NCBI GenBank assembly: GCA_038207335.1
Contig: JBBQZX010000020.1
Coordinates: 32,001 to 96,000, forward strand
Origin: Chthoniobacterales bacterium
GTDB lineage: Bacteria > Verrucomicrobiota > Verrucomicrobiia > Chthoniobacterales > Chthoniobacteraceae
Reading direction: 5' to 3'
DNA length: 64,000 nucleotides
The position numbers and the translations under genes are program-made. A model generated the notes under the pieces. That model was not told the DNA's origin and ran no database searches. It was given only the letters and a program-made list of their open reading frames with translations. Shown piece by piece: positions 12,001 to 21,300 of the stretch. Numbering within the stretch: position 1 is the stretch's first letter; each line of letters starts with the position of its first letter.

Positions 12001-12014
12001 GGATCGATACGCAT
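3..12014 (-). CDS. Giant secreted surface protein (>4004 aa, 3' end outside window) with autotransporter-associated beta-strand repeats and two PA14-like domains
   Basis: Absent from the ORF track, consistent with no stop in the window. ATG at 12014 gives MRIDPRPNCVPPRPLATSLLRFSSRAAMLAALAMAGVGIGKGAAYIWDPTLIGVGGGGPGTWDNVTANWFD (signal peptide, then a WDP...GTWD motif like genes 2 and 3). The same frame, spot-checked at ~10450, ~5000, ~800 and ~10, gives sensible protein. Repeated TKxGxGTLTLxGxNTFxG motifs. Confidence 0.9.
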   Translation of the reverse strand, partial: MRIDPRPNCVPPRPLATSLLRFSSRAAMLAALAMAGVGIGKGAAYIWDPTLIGVGGGGPGTWDNVTANWFDGAADVLWPNTAVNADEAVFGGVAGTGLVTLGAPIFANRLTFNTNGYNVGDGGVFTNTLTLSGATPTVTVTNGADTATINAIIAGSAGFTKSGAGTLTLGGANTFGGNINVNGGALVFGAEAQLGNANSAINLSNGAAAGNTGPQIILTAGHSFNIGAGGGAITGNIRLQNNGQLTGAATLTVGGTLLDIVGSNTGFTGNTVVSAGVFELRNNTALGNTAGQTVTVNSGATFSVATGVTNSQPVTANAGSILGFHNGAGGVYASPIMAAGNATIQLKNWYDTVSQSGAITGPISGSGNLALTTGTTAATLTLSGDNSGYTGAFSVPTNVTLAMNSTLSRGAGAISLTGGTARFAYQNGAVSGANVNGLNAFYANLGFAVANVVNEYRYGYYQLTSGQPGSANPWIVSQIDPSINVGNQAGGFEPVPGGAGVQGFSWGTNTGAAYKGVVNIANTGSYTFIPTSDDGTVVWIDGAIVSNNDGGHGFITGANTPVTLSAGPHNIIIKYGQGTGGAGFVMNYSGPDTGNASVLLGSTPGQVTTGTVVTNIGDIAAVSGTSSVDVIDDAVATSVSLAGGSTLNVGLNNQGVTPLLGVTVSGTSALSGTGTATLTANVLNVNYTGAITGGAQGLTLNGPGRVTFGNANTYTGLTTVSKGQLVLNNVSGGGNAISGNLTVNVPTANADPNAGNSDLVFNVDIRRGEQIADTATVTLQNGFINLNGNTETIGTLAMSGGAIFGSGTLNVTNLGGSTLTAGTILPSLGGAGGLTINTAGKTVVLAGANNSYTGITAINAGTVQFRGSLGAAGAGNITTVASGAQLQLLGNITGGEDLTIAGNGIATGLVSPGAIRSLGGTQTLGGIALTGDATIRSAGFIRAASIGGGNTLTIDGVGDVSIGSAPGVSAIIKNGTGAFIYDYDVNNVLPTITWNSGAIGFNGTQTGLVQSIPAGKAFKFNSDPGAGTSITAPAGTAVIAGYPSGQNLVDRIASGSGGALVLTGNSATALNFANGGQNVSLGANGLVTYSGTITPNAGAYNFGGTFGGGALQNILSLTQGLSGANAVNVKAGGIVDLTRVAASTNSGALTIDGGTLQFTNSNSLGDGSATNGITLTNGGTLRLAQTSGSAGANFSLLGYVLPADTTRTVTIGAGGGAIDVPAITNGANGLAFSSKANSLTGAAGTTLTKSGFGVLYLGSSSDFAGNLSIGAQGGFVELRSNGALANVAAIAIEQNGQLTLQNNASLGITRIGGFPQVNSANRINDAAPITLRGGGINLVAFTGQTSTETFGTLNLGLGQSFVNADVNVTNPTNAQAVMTFADLTRTVGSTLRIGGNLGTLGAAPANNTTRVFFNNIAGTPPAGLTLLGGWGTVFGNDFLAYNTTTGVTAATYGAANTFGTGVNAQSNATFTLPAGDTSAAALKLNAAAAQVLNFTGGTDRLFIESGGIVSDNQNFTRTIGTATVRGVVTAGPVAGNAVPRELFIHQNSASIMEIFSNIADNNGQAVTLVKDLTGTFQINSGTANSYSGGTFITQGRVNALAAGGLGTGGVVVKAGVIEVRAPGAVATGAANPAAGSAVYTLSDVSELYLNAAAAFTNATDRFELGAGSNVTGQTTVANQGLNSLTRIPLASPFTAGGQIKLAPGAVVRVQAGTNVDLGTTNNINNLGTDADLYLNVNATTGSLTSVTVGTGTPWRGFSAGAPGMTFTTGTIFANSDFELQGTYRAGAAVAVNLGVTNAAGSYSIVNNAGRPINALVTGTVIMNEDTAVSISPNITFVVSSGSQIQPTKSASFGSGSNVGKLLVQAGGTADPGGFVNVGLAANMPVGFAYPLLSPINGQTTIEAGGRLLLNDASGFGSAAPGTVTMKTGSVLHLGNAQALLGSGGLLFGGTNTGIINQGQIVYEPGVIVRYDIDNVFRFNQAVLSEPNGSAAMIQIFNGNRTLTSPTNPMTTLVEPDNIVLGAGGILTNDNVDSRAVNSGGYGGRIILNNGATIASSSGAYFNVGDDIDVPVGANVNIGSAQTIDGIAKLGAVQLNASNSNRIAGNLVIQPGAQLSFQGVNVYPDTKSLDLPAAATNLAGNGIIPGTGSTLLINNGTAEIMGALTGNGAVIGNNAAALHIGYGGADFTFNGVFSNSGSQQVTIGKLGAGRADFTGTSTSTGTMNVYNGTAAFSGAGNAAFATYAAQKGGTLLLDNSGAAANAVSNRLGGTTKNLTLPGGEFKLVGNATAAVTESLGQLQLSTIGGNAFVTVDASAGGQTELNFTQFNNSQQGGNGATFVFRSPSLAAALPVQNYTTGATTPAAGVNGIIRATTAANLWSNNASNVSPNALGGGNFVGSIGTALVPMRPDILGDTSLTGTGTGFVTQDSLTSGVRLLNDSEYARATFVTANDARSLNLKLSNPLVLNGGATSVASLTLLNGSSITANGFTPFSVNPARFIVQTGGILVPAGNSSAITAPYLGNTTNNTPFYFYAQGDLTVNAGLNSNNGFNKNGPGTLTLGPGAVSLMQGNITINEGTVVLGGGAGQNSFYVAQPTAANAFNFTGLRLNLNGGMLDLAGKSQIFSTLISNGNLANSNSSSAINAGVLTSAAAASVTVQTNSGNEVFAGNIGGAISLTKAGANSGANALTLTRANDYTGDTFIRSGTLRLRDDGRLTASQNINIFTQGTLEIDNTGIGSTGGVRTDRLSPTATVNTFGNANINLIGGRDAAAQTINTLNLQKGGSIISVGSGQSTSAELTINNFNRTAGAIAFIQASTLNVTGGGTLGNPGTTSTNPRVFINNLNGSAFSQASLVNGLIGGWATDGNNFLTYKDGQGVSTVSNLNGGFVNYTTTDITNAVSTDNVNDNGAARTVAAAKTINSLKLSPAAAQTITLNGLLTVGTGGILANVNQAMTINGTGGLTSGGPELFVTNAQNTITIATPIVDNGGTVSLVKTGGASLTLTGDNTFTGKTFVDNGTLTLNRTTAGTALAGDVEINGGTLTLAKSDQIAAGSTLTINGGGTFGFSATGFSQTLKKVFLNGTGASTTQLAFGGATAGTVTLTDPQPITVVNDNITREVAGNGVLTVNFAPSTGTTSTFDVSGSSPFGIVFNSTIASVPSGGLIKTGPGIVSMSGSTNFGANPATPTEVLHILGGVVRADTAGVLGLSNHVTDIQTGGTLLGLATITGSLKLNGGTLGVTIANPTFAGNVDVAANSRVNVSEFYIGNTARQITISGLVSGAGNLNVSGPALTSTTGTLLLSNPANTYTGAIAVNNNVNLISQPATSGSALGSATVNLAGGTLTLRSDTAQTFANVVNLTAGSTINVDRSTANTGLTHTINNLNVTGDSALNLTNGNTFTLRVGTLDGTGTLIKRGTVGLTIDAFSGTASFGVAGAAGRTTGHTFNTVGAPNQVAAFTPTTVDFPAFKVGGFYITPASKILNVGAFSVDPNEGNLPGALAVSSSTTISAGTFVNNGQVGATGGAATISAAGGFSGSGIYVTSGQQLTLAGSVTGGVLRVAGPVGGGANTVRVTGSNLAAAATLDVQSGTLRLAPTAPATSAATIRVNGTAATAPSATTNPVAAINAVLELDGTNASLTHNGNISNSGTVRVSGGTATVTGTIAGTSLTYAPGLLEGYVAATSAIDVSAARPVNPGNFGIRLQPRMFQTNAVTQSAITGHLDNELWTYTGYVKDDDGVFSFAENIDDRVAIWVDGNLVLSDLAHGGGNRAVSTAYAVGASTTTTTAGANAGTPTQNFGPGVTLPGRGDGWHLIELRMANGTGGAGPIAGSGFGVNYGLGYKNGIGALDGADYIKPIDDGTGSLFVTPVGGKGVIDLASGTTLNAGGFSMISDVRLNGLFTALNVTNAGASDTDNLSILGGNAPTPVALDIATGATIAAATLTSNPGTYVQLNPSSGGTLAVGDSVLNGTVDQQGGRVTFSGAGGGFGGNLKVGGGATAVVLASGSISGT

Positions 12015-12052
12015 AATCGGGGGATTCTGGTTGTCGCGGCCGACCACAGGCC

Positions 12053-12130
12053 GCAAGTTACCAAACGGTAATCTTCAAAGTTGGGGCGTCGAGCGAAATT
12101 ATTGCTCCGAAGCAATTTTCGTTACCGAAA
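12053..12130 (-). promoter_or_regulatory. Conserved upstream element of giant gene 1: putative sigma70 promoter plus two palindromic boxes
   Basis: Minus strand TCGACG-N16-TACCGT; palindromes TTAC-caaacg-GTAA (12058) and TTGC-tccgaa-GCAA (12102); aligns with elements upstream of genes 2 and 3. Confidence 0.65.
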
Positions 12131-12352
12131 GGACGTCAGCGGAATCCGATCAGTCATCTTGGCGGATGGGCCAATTAACCGAGTCACTCAACCACCCCCA
12201 CGGGTCGCGCGGACGCGCGGAGAACGTGGACTGCCGACAGCCTTCTGCCGCTTGTGGGGAGGCCGCAACCTGCCGCGGGCGCAGCCGGAGCAAAACGAAG
12301 CCGGACGTGTCACAGGCAACGGCAGCGCGCTGCCCTAAGTTGCGGAACTTTC

Positions 12353-15300
12353 TTACACCGCGCGGCGACGGAAGCGGTTCAGGCCGAGGGCGACGCCGAC
12401 GCTGCCGAGGAGCATCGCGAAGGCATTTGGCTCCGGGACGGCTAGGAGCGCCACGCTGTTGCCGCCACTCGTCTCGAACGCAGGCGTGTTCGGATCATCG
12501 AAGTAGCTGATCGTATACATTTGGCCGTTCGGAGCGACGACGAGCGAAGCGTTCGCAAGTCCGGCGAAAGTGCCGGTCACCGCGCTGCCGCTGTTGTTCA
12601 AGATGATCGTGAAGATGTCCTGCGTGTTACCGCCCGCAAAACCGATCGCAAGGTCGAGGCTCGCGTTACCGAGGTTGATTGCGCCACCGACGGAGACTTG
12701 GTCGTAAGTGAGCCCTGCCACTCCCGGCGAGTTGATCTCGATCGCCAGATGCGATGTCGAATCCAAGCTGAACGTGCTCGCCACGGTGAGCACCCCGGGG
12801 CCGTTGCCGGGTGCAACGGTGCCGCCGGTATTCACGGTCACGCTCTTCACCGTGCCGCTTCCGCCAAGAACCGAATTCGCACCACTGACTGTCGTGGCAC
12901 TGCCGCTGATGCTGCCGTTAACAATGAGAGTTCCGTCGGAAACTAAGGTCGGTCCCGTGTAGGTGTTTGTGTTGTTTGCGATCGTCCACTTGCCCGAGCC
13001 GCTCTTCGTGACGGAGAGGAAGTTGGGTACCGTCTGATCCGCGATCACGCCATTGATCTGGCCAGCCGCGGATCCACCTAGGAGGAGAAACCGTCCATTC
13101 GTGTTCGGCGTGAAGGTGCCGTTCAGCGTCAGGCTCCCACCATTCGAGAAGATCGACGTGCTCCCTCCGCCCGAATTGAGGGTGAAGTTGCCGTTAATGA
13201 CGTTGTTACCGGCATCGTTCACGATCGCCGGGCTCGTCAGGCTTCCCTGGCTGGTGTTGAAGCTGATGTTGGAGCCCAGCACCACCGGACCATTCGCGGT
13301 GCTGCCGTCGAGATGGAGGGAACCTTGAAGCGAGCCAGCGACGTTCGTGATGTTTGTCACCGTCTTGTTTCCCCCACCCAAGGCCAGGCTGTTGGTGATG
13401 GTCACCCGGCCGCCACTTGTCGTAGCGCTCGGGTTGAGGTTCACACTTCCGGTGAAGGAATTGGCTCCGGTCAAAGTCAGGTTGCCGACGCCTGTTTTCA
13501 CGAGGTTGAACGCGTTGGCGCCATTCGTAATGACGCCGTCAAAGGTGCTGTCGAACGCCGAAGCCGAGTCGGTCGTTGTGAGTCCGCCGACATACACGTT
13601 CTGCGCAGCGCCGGAATTGGTGATCAAGCCGGTGCCGGTCAGGCCACGCAAGCTGACGTTTGCAATTCCGTTGATGTCCAGAACCGCGCCAGCGTTGATC
13701 GTCGGGCTCGAAGTGTTCGGAATCGCACCTGCATTGCCGAGTTTTAGAACGCCTGCCGCGACGTTCGTCGTGCCGCCGTAGGAATTGGCCGCGCTCAGGG
13801 TAAGCGTGCCCGGTCCCGCTTTCGTCAGGTTCGTTCCTCCGCTCACGGCACCGCTGATCGTGTCGGTGATGAAGGGGCTCGACACTGTGATCGTGTGCGC
13901 GCCCGCCGCCAGCGTCATCGCGCCGCTCAATGTCAGCGTTTGATTTGTTCCGATGGTGGTCGTGCCGCCAAGGGTAAAGTCGCCTGCGACAGATGTCGGG
14001 TTGCCGACGGTGAAGTTGTTCGTCGAATGAAGCGTCGTGCCGGTGCCGATCGAGAGCGTTCCCGTGCCCACAGGACCGTTGGTGATCGCCGGAAGCGTCC
14101 CGGTCGAACTAACGCCTACGATCAGGGTGCCCGCGTCGAGTTTGAAGCCCGTCGTGAATGTGCTGACGCCGCTGAGGAAGACAGAGCCATCGCCCTGCTT
14201 GCTGATTCCCGACGCACCGGCGCTGGTGATCGGCGCAGTGATCGAGAGGGAGGTCGGCGCGGCTCCTGTCGTCGAAATGACGGGCGAGGCATTCGAGAAG
14301 GTCAGTGCGGTGCCGCTGATGCTCGGCACGCTGCCGATGTTGTCGTTCGTCACGGTGATCGCGTCGGGCGCGCTCAGGGCGAGTGCCGTGGCGGTGGCGA
14401 CGGTCGGATTGGCGGCAGCGAAGCCACCGATGTTGTTGAACGTGACATTCGAGAGCGTGTTGCTTCCGAAGAGCGTCAGGCTGCTGCCGCCGTTGAGCGT
14501 CACCGCATTGGTCGGATCGATTTGTCCGGCGTTCGTCGTCATCGTGACGAGCGCGTTATTCAGGGTCAGGCCGCCTGCTGGAATTTCCGCCTGACCCGCT
14601 AGAATCTGCGCTGCGCTAGGCGTCGCGCCGTTGAGATTCAGCGTGCCGCCGGCACCATTGACGACCGTACCTCCGGTGTAGGTGTTGACATTCGCCAAGA
14701 TCAAGCTGTTCGCAATCGGCACGGCGACGAAGCGAGTGAGCGCGCCCGCCGTACCGTTGTTTGCGATGACGGAGTTGATCGTGTTGTTCGCGCCAGCGCT
14801 GTAGAGATACAGAGGCGAAGTTCCAGTTGCAGTGCCGCCGGAGGTGATGACGCCAGGAAGGGCGGTGGTGCCGACAACGGTGCCGCCATTCGTGAGCGCC
14901 AGACCGCCCGCACCGAGATTGAGCCTGTCGGCTGCATTGGTGAACGTGATCGCCGTGACGGCGGCGCGGACGGCCAGAACATTGTAAGTAGCCCCGGCGG
15001 CAGGAACCGCAGCAGTGCCCGCAGTGCTCAGTCGCACATTGGCCGTCGGAGTGCTGACGGGAAGAGTTGCCTGATTGAAGTCGTACGATGTCTGCCCGAT
15101 GCCGGCGAAGTTCGAATTCAGCGTGGTCACGCCGTAGTTGATTCCTGCGGTGTTGCCAGCCGTCCCCGGCTGAATGTAGGTCAGAAATTCCCCGTTGTTC
15201 GCAAGTGCCCATCCGCCCAGAATCTTGTTGGTAATATTCGCGGGAATCGGCGTGCCATTGATGCTTCCGATGTAAACCTGCCCGCTGCCAAAGCCAGGCA

Positions 15301-18300
15301 AATTGCTGAAAAAGCCGCTCGTGCCGCCGACAAAGGTCGCGGTGACATCTGAGCCCGCGGTCACGAGGTTGCCGATATTGATGACGGCGGTGGAGCCCGC
15401 AGTCGTGCCAGCCGTGGAGCCGGAGACGATCGCGTTATGGCCTTGCAGCACATTGACGGCATTCAAAGTCGCGGCTGTGTCCGTCGATCCGCCTGCGAGC
15501 AGCGTGAGCGATCCACCGCGGAGATTTACCGTGGAGGAGGCCGAGATGCGGACTGGGTTGAGCGCCGCAAGCGGAGTTAGCGCGCTGTTGTCGAGAATGA
15601 GGCCACCGAAATTGATGTCGAAGCCCGTGCTCGCGAGCGTGCCGGCGTCGCGAATCCGCAAGTTGTTTCCGCGCACCGTCGTCGTCCCCGAGTAGCTGCT
15701 TGGATTCGTCAGAATCAACTCGTTATTACCGGACTTCACGAAGTTAAGGTTTCCGTCGATCGTGCCACCGAAGGACGCAGCCGCCCCCGTGACTGTGCTG
15801 AGGGTAGCAGGAGTGCCGACTGCCGAGTTCCGCACGCTGCCGCCTGTCGCGAAGCTGTTGGAATCCAGCGTCCCGACCATCTGGCTCGTGCCATTTAACT
15901 CGAAGACGCCCGCATTGACGCGCAGCGCGCTCAGTGTCGGAGCGCCGGCTGTCGTGACCGCTTGGATCGAGTTGTTGACCCCGGACGTGATGGCGAGCGT
16001 GCCCGCATTGACCGTCGTCGTTCCAGTATAGTAGGAGGCCGTGTTGAGATTCACCGTGCCGTCATCCGACTTTACCAGACCGCCGTTAGTCGTGCCGAGA
16101 TAGCCGTCGAGCGTGAGCACGGTTGCAGCGCCGGGCGTGTGAAAGTTGAACGCGGTATTATTGGAAGTATCGATCTGACCAGACGTGATGCCGGTATTCC
16201 CGGCAAGCGCCAGGAAGCCGCCGCTGCCGATCTTCGTCTGCACGAGCGCCGCGCCGCCCGTGTAGCGCCCGAAAGCCGGGCTGGACCCGATGCTCACGCC
16301 GCCGCCTGCATTGAGGGTTAGGCTGAATGCTAGATTTTGAGAAGACAGCGTCGCGCCGGGAGCGGATCCCGTGATCAGGGTATTCGCGCTCAAAGCCACG
16401 TTTGTCGATGCAGTGGTGGCGGTCGTCAGTGTGGATGCGAGCTCCGAGGCGTCCAAAGGCCGCAGGTAGTTGCCAACCGTGTCTTTGGTAATGAACGCCG
16501 TGCCGAGGCTCGTAGCCGTCGTGCCGCCAATGAGGTCGGGGCGGATTGCCATTGTCTGGGTTCCGTTCGCGCCGTTGCCTGCACCGGTGGGAGCGTTCAG
16601 GCCGAGGGCTCCCAGCGAGATGGTCCCCACGCCGTTCCCCGGCGCGCTCCCAAATCCCGTGCCGCGGATGAGCGCGGAAGCGCCCCCTTGCACACCGCTG
16701 AAGGTCGTTCCCACCGTCAGTGTGAGCGGGTTGTTCGCGTCCGCATTCAGCGTAACGGTGCTGCCCCCGCTGCCAAACGTGACCGTCCCGATCACTTCGG
16801 AGGTCGGATTGGCCGCCGTTTCGTTGCCGAATGCGACGAATGAGCCACCGGCCGGATTGAGGGTGCCGACATTGGTGAATCCACCGAGTCGGTTGTTGAC
16901 GTTGCCGCCCTGCGCGTTGCGGTTGTCGAGGGTCAGGGTGCCAGTCGGGAAGATCGAATCGGTCCCGAAAGTCCCGCGGCCCGTGCCGGCAAAAGTCACG
17001 CCACCGACGCGGACATTGAGCGAATTGTTGTCGTTGCTCACCCCGGTGAGCGTCAGAGTGCCGCTGCCGAATTTATTGACCGAAAATGGCGTGAGCCGCG
17101 CGTCGCTGAAGCGGAGGAACTGCCCAGAGAAGGTCGTGTCCGTGTTGTCGAATCCGACGCCGAACGTCCGGTCCGTCGTGCTGGAGTTCGTGACGGTGCC
17201 CGCGCCCGCGAGGGAGCCGATCATCGCGTCGTTGATGAGATTCAGCGTGGTGCCTGCAGCAAAAGTGTAGGCCGAGAAGCGCGAACCCGCCACCGGGCCC
17301 GTGAGAGCCACACCGCCGAAGTTGGTGATGATGCCGCCCTGAATGACATTCGTCGGGCCGGTATAAGTCTGCTGAGCATTCAGCGTCAGGGAGCCGAGGC
17401 CTGTCTTATTGATACCACCCGCGCTGCCGACGATGCCTTGCAGCGCGAGCGTGCCCTGCGTGGGATTGATGTCCACGCCATTGAAGAAGATCGGATCGAT
17501 GGCGACCGTTTTTGCCGTCGTGCCAAAGTCAACACGACCAACAATCTGCGAGGTGGACGAGACGTTTGAAGAAGTAGCAGAGAGGCCGCTGGCGCCGATC
17601 GTCAGTGTGCCGAGTATCCCGTTGGAGGTGGTGTTGAGCGTGTTGCCATTGACGCTACCGCCCGCATTGTTGAAGACGACGCCAGCGAGGGTGTTGTCTC
17701 CCGAAAGCGTGAGGGTCGCACCGCCGTTCAGGACCGGGACGTTTGCCGAATTGATGACACCGCCGACTGCCTGTGCGACCGTCGCGCGGTTGATCGTCAA
17801 GCCGCCCGCCGGAATGATCCCGGTGGAGCCGACGTTCAAGACACCCGTGAAAGAGACGCCGCCGTTCACGACCGTGCCCCCGGAATAGCTGTTCAAGTTA
17901 TTCGCGAGCGTCAAGGTGGCACCGTTGTAAGCGGTAAAGACGAGGCGCACCCGGTCCGAGTTCGTGTTATCGACGATGCGCGAGTTCACCGTCAGCGCGT
18001 TGCCGCCGGTGTTCATGGTGATGTAAAGATTCTGTGTCTGCCCGGTCGCCGCCACGTTGCCGCCCGCGGTGAGCCGACCGCTGTCCAGCGTCGCCCCGAT
18101 GTTGCCAAGTTGATTGCCAGACTTGTTGAGCAAGCCGGAGGTCAGGTTCAACGTATCCGCGGCATCGGCAAAGTTGATGCTCTGGCCAGCCGTGTTGGCC
18201 GTCCACGAAATGGCGTTCAACTCGTAGGAGTTGGTGGGCGCGTCAGGGATGGTGAAAGTCGCGTTGGACAGCTTGATGTTTTGCGATCCGTTCGTGAACG

Positions 18301-21300
18301 TCGCCGGGAATGCCAGGGCGTCGTAACCGCGCCCGCCCGCCGCATTGATCGCAGCGATGCCAAGGCCCGGAATGTAAGTCACCAAGTCGTTTCCACCGGA
18401 GACAAAGTAAGGAAGGATCCCATTGGTCAGCGTCGGAGCAGTCGTGAAGAGCAAGCGGCCAGCACTCCCGATCTGGCCGTTGAGGGTGTTGACGTTGATC
18501 GTCGCACTATTCTGCTGAACCAGGCTGCCGAAGGTCAGGTCCGCCGAGTTCACATTAGTGCCACCGCCCGCCACGGTGATGTTACTATTGCCTTCCGCGA
18601 GGACCAGCGATCCGATGGTCTCGCTGGAGGCAGTCTGTGCGCGCCCCGTCAAGTTGATCACACCGCCACGGAGAGTAACCGTTGCCGTGTCCTTGATCCG
18701 GTTCGACTCATCGCGGAAGCCGGCATTGTTATCCAAAGTCAGCACCCCATAGTTGATGTCGATCGTGTTAGAGCCGGAGAGTCGTCCGCCGTCGCGCAAC
18801 GTCGTCGTGCCGCCGTTGAGCAGGGTGTTGCCCGTGTAGGTGTTATTCGAGAAAACGGACCACGTATTTTCTCCCGAGCGCAGCAAATTGACCGTCCCGG
18901 TGATCTGGCCCGACCAACTCCGCGCGGAGTTGTCTAAGTTAGTTACGAGGTTACCCGTGCCGGACGAACTCGTGATAGTGCCGTGCTGGCCAAGAGTCGT
19001 GGCCTCGAGGCTCGTATCGGAAAGGATGCCACGGAAGGCTTGGAGCTTGCCATTCAGGTCGAGCGTGGCTGCTGGCCCCACGCGCAGAAACTGGTTCGGC
19101 GTGTATGCATTGTTGCTGCCGATCTGCAGTGTTCCGCCATTCAGGCCGAAGGTTCCGGAAATGTTGCTCGGCGTAATTCCCGCGATGGCGCTGGCCACTG
19201 GAGCGAGAATGAGGGTGCCGCCGTCCGCCTTGGTCATGCCGGTCGTCCCGCCGCCGAGTGCACTACTCAGAGTCAATGTCGCACCGGCATCGACGTGCGC
19301 CCAAAGTTCGCCCGTGCCAAACGCGAGCGCAGGAGCGCTGATCGTGTTCAGGCCACCGGTCGCGAGGATGGCCGCAGCCGTCAGGGTGAGGGTCGTCGGC
19401 GTGTTACCGATCGTCCCGGTCGATGCCACGTTGATGCCCGTGCCGGTGAGTTTGAGGGCATTAATCGTCTTGCTGCCGTTCGCAAAGGCTGGCGCCGCCG
19501 TTACGTTCAAAGTATCCGTGGCCGCAGCGGCATCGATGCTGTTTGCGACGTTATATGTCGCAAAAGCCTGGATTCCGTTTGTATTCGCTACCGCTCCCGT
19601 GTTGTTATAGCTGACGAAATCGAGGCCGCTTCCCGAATTGATCGAGGCGCGGGCGAGAATACCTGTAGTCGCTGGCACAGTCGTGGGGGCGGCTGTAATG
19701 ATAATCCGGTTATTAGCGGTGCCCAAGTTGGTCCCAGTGAATTCAATCGAAGCGCTGTTTGCGCCGAATGCGGCACTGGCGAAAGTCAAGGTGGCCGCAC
19801 CGGCGCCAGCTTGGTTGGACGAAATTTTGGCGGCGAAGTTAGTCGTCAACACACCCATCGTCGTCGCGGTTCCCGCGGCGTTCGCGGTGAAGTTGAGCGT
19901 TCCACCCGAGACCGTTACGGGACGCGTGACTCCAAGACGGTCGGCGACATTGGTGCTGGTGTTATCGAGATTCAGAATCGCGTTTGGATTGATGGTCGCC
20001 GCGATGGTCGGCGTGCCGATCAACGAGCCATTTCCGCTGAAGTTGGTCGTCCCATCAAGGAACGTCAGGTTCTGCGTGCTGCCCGTCGCGAGCGTGAACG
20101 GCTGCGCGGTCGTAAAGTTCAGCGTGCCGCTGCCATATTTCTGCAAGGCGAAATACTGGTTCGCCGTGGCAGTTGCCGAGGTTATGCTACTGTTGACATT
20201 GATCGTGCCAGCACCCGTCAAATAAATAGCCCGAGTGGTAGCGGTGGGGTTGTTAATCCCACCGTTGATGTTGAGGACGCCGGAAGTTGAGCCGATCGCT
20301 GCATCCGCATTGAGCGTCACCACGCCCGTGACGGAATTCGTCCCCGAAAAGTTTTCCAACTGTCCGCCAAAATTCACGCCGCCAGTAGCCACGTTCGCCG
20401 CGCTGTTATTGATGATGATCTGGTTGGGAACCGTGATGTTATTCGCAAGCTGCACGGCCGCCCCAAACACCCCGGACACACCGATAGTCGCCGCCGTAGC
20501 CCCGAGGCTCGCGGCATTCGTCAGACGCACGACGCCCGCGTTGACGACGGAAGCGCCCGTGTTGGCACTCGCGGCGTTGAGGATGAGGATGCCGTTATCT
20601 GCTTTGGTGAAAGCTCCCGCCGCAGCGCCGCCGAACGCGCTACTGAGAGTTAGCGACTGCCCCTCCGCCACTTCGATAAAGCTGTTCGCCGCACTGTTAA
20701 TCTGGATCGTCCGGCCGCTCACGATGGGCGTCGTGCCGACGGCCCGCAAAGTGGCGCCAGCACCGTTCAAGATGACCTGATTCGCAGCCGCGCCCAGGGC
20801 TAAATCGTTAGAGAAAGCCAACGCGCCGCCCGTGACGTTGATATCCCCCGTGAACCCGTTCGCGGCATTCGAGAGCAACAGCGTGCCAGCGCCTGTTTTT
20901 GTGAAGCCGAAAGCGCCATTCACCGCTCCGCTGAGCGTCAAGCCGGGAACCACCGTGGAAATATTCGTGTTTGCGACGCTGAAGGTCGATGCACCCGTAA
21001 GCGTCGTCGCTCCGGTGAAGTCCACGCCATAGCCGTTCGTGTTCGTGATCGACAGCGTCTGCGTGCCGATGCTCAAGGTGCCGAGCCGCGCAGTCTTGTT
21101 CACCGCCGCCGGGAAAAGTGGCGCAAAGGTCGTGCCGAGCCGATTCGCCACGATGGTCGCGGTGCCGGCGCCGGAAACCGTGACATTATCGCCGAAGACG
21201 ACATTCTCGGACGCGAGGTTCTGCGACACGATCGGCGAGCTTCCTGGGGTGCCGGAGCCATTGCCGTCGAACAGGTAGTTCATCGTCGCGCCGCCCGCGA

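Noticed and set aside
12053..12130. Sigma54 promoter or Xer dif-like site as explanation for the conserved upstream element
   Set aside because: No GG-N10-GC spacing at the TTGC motifs checked, and the arms do not match the XerC/XerD dif pattern.
12131..12352. Riboswitch (e.g. c-di-GMP) between the giant genes; short motifs shared with 23520-23610 (gtgtcacag, ccctaa..cgga)
   Set aside because: No recognisable riboswitch consensus by eye; shared motifs are short and in permuted order. An Rfam/Infernal scan would be needed.
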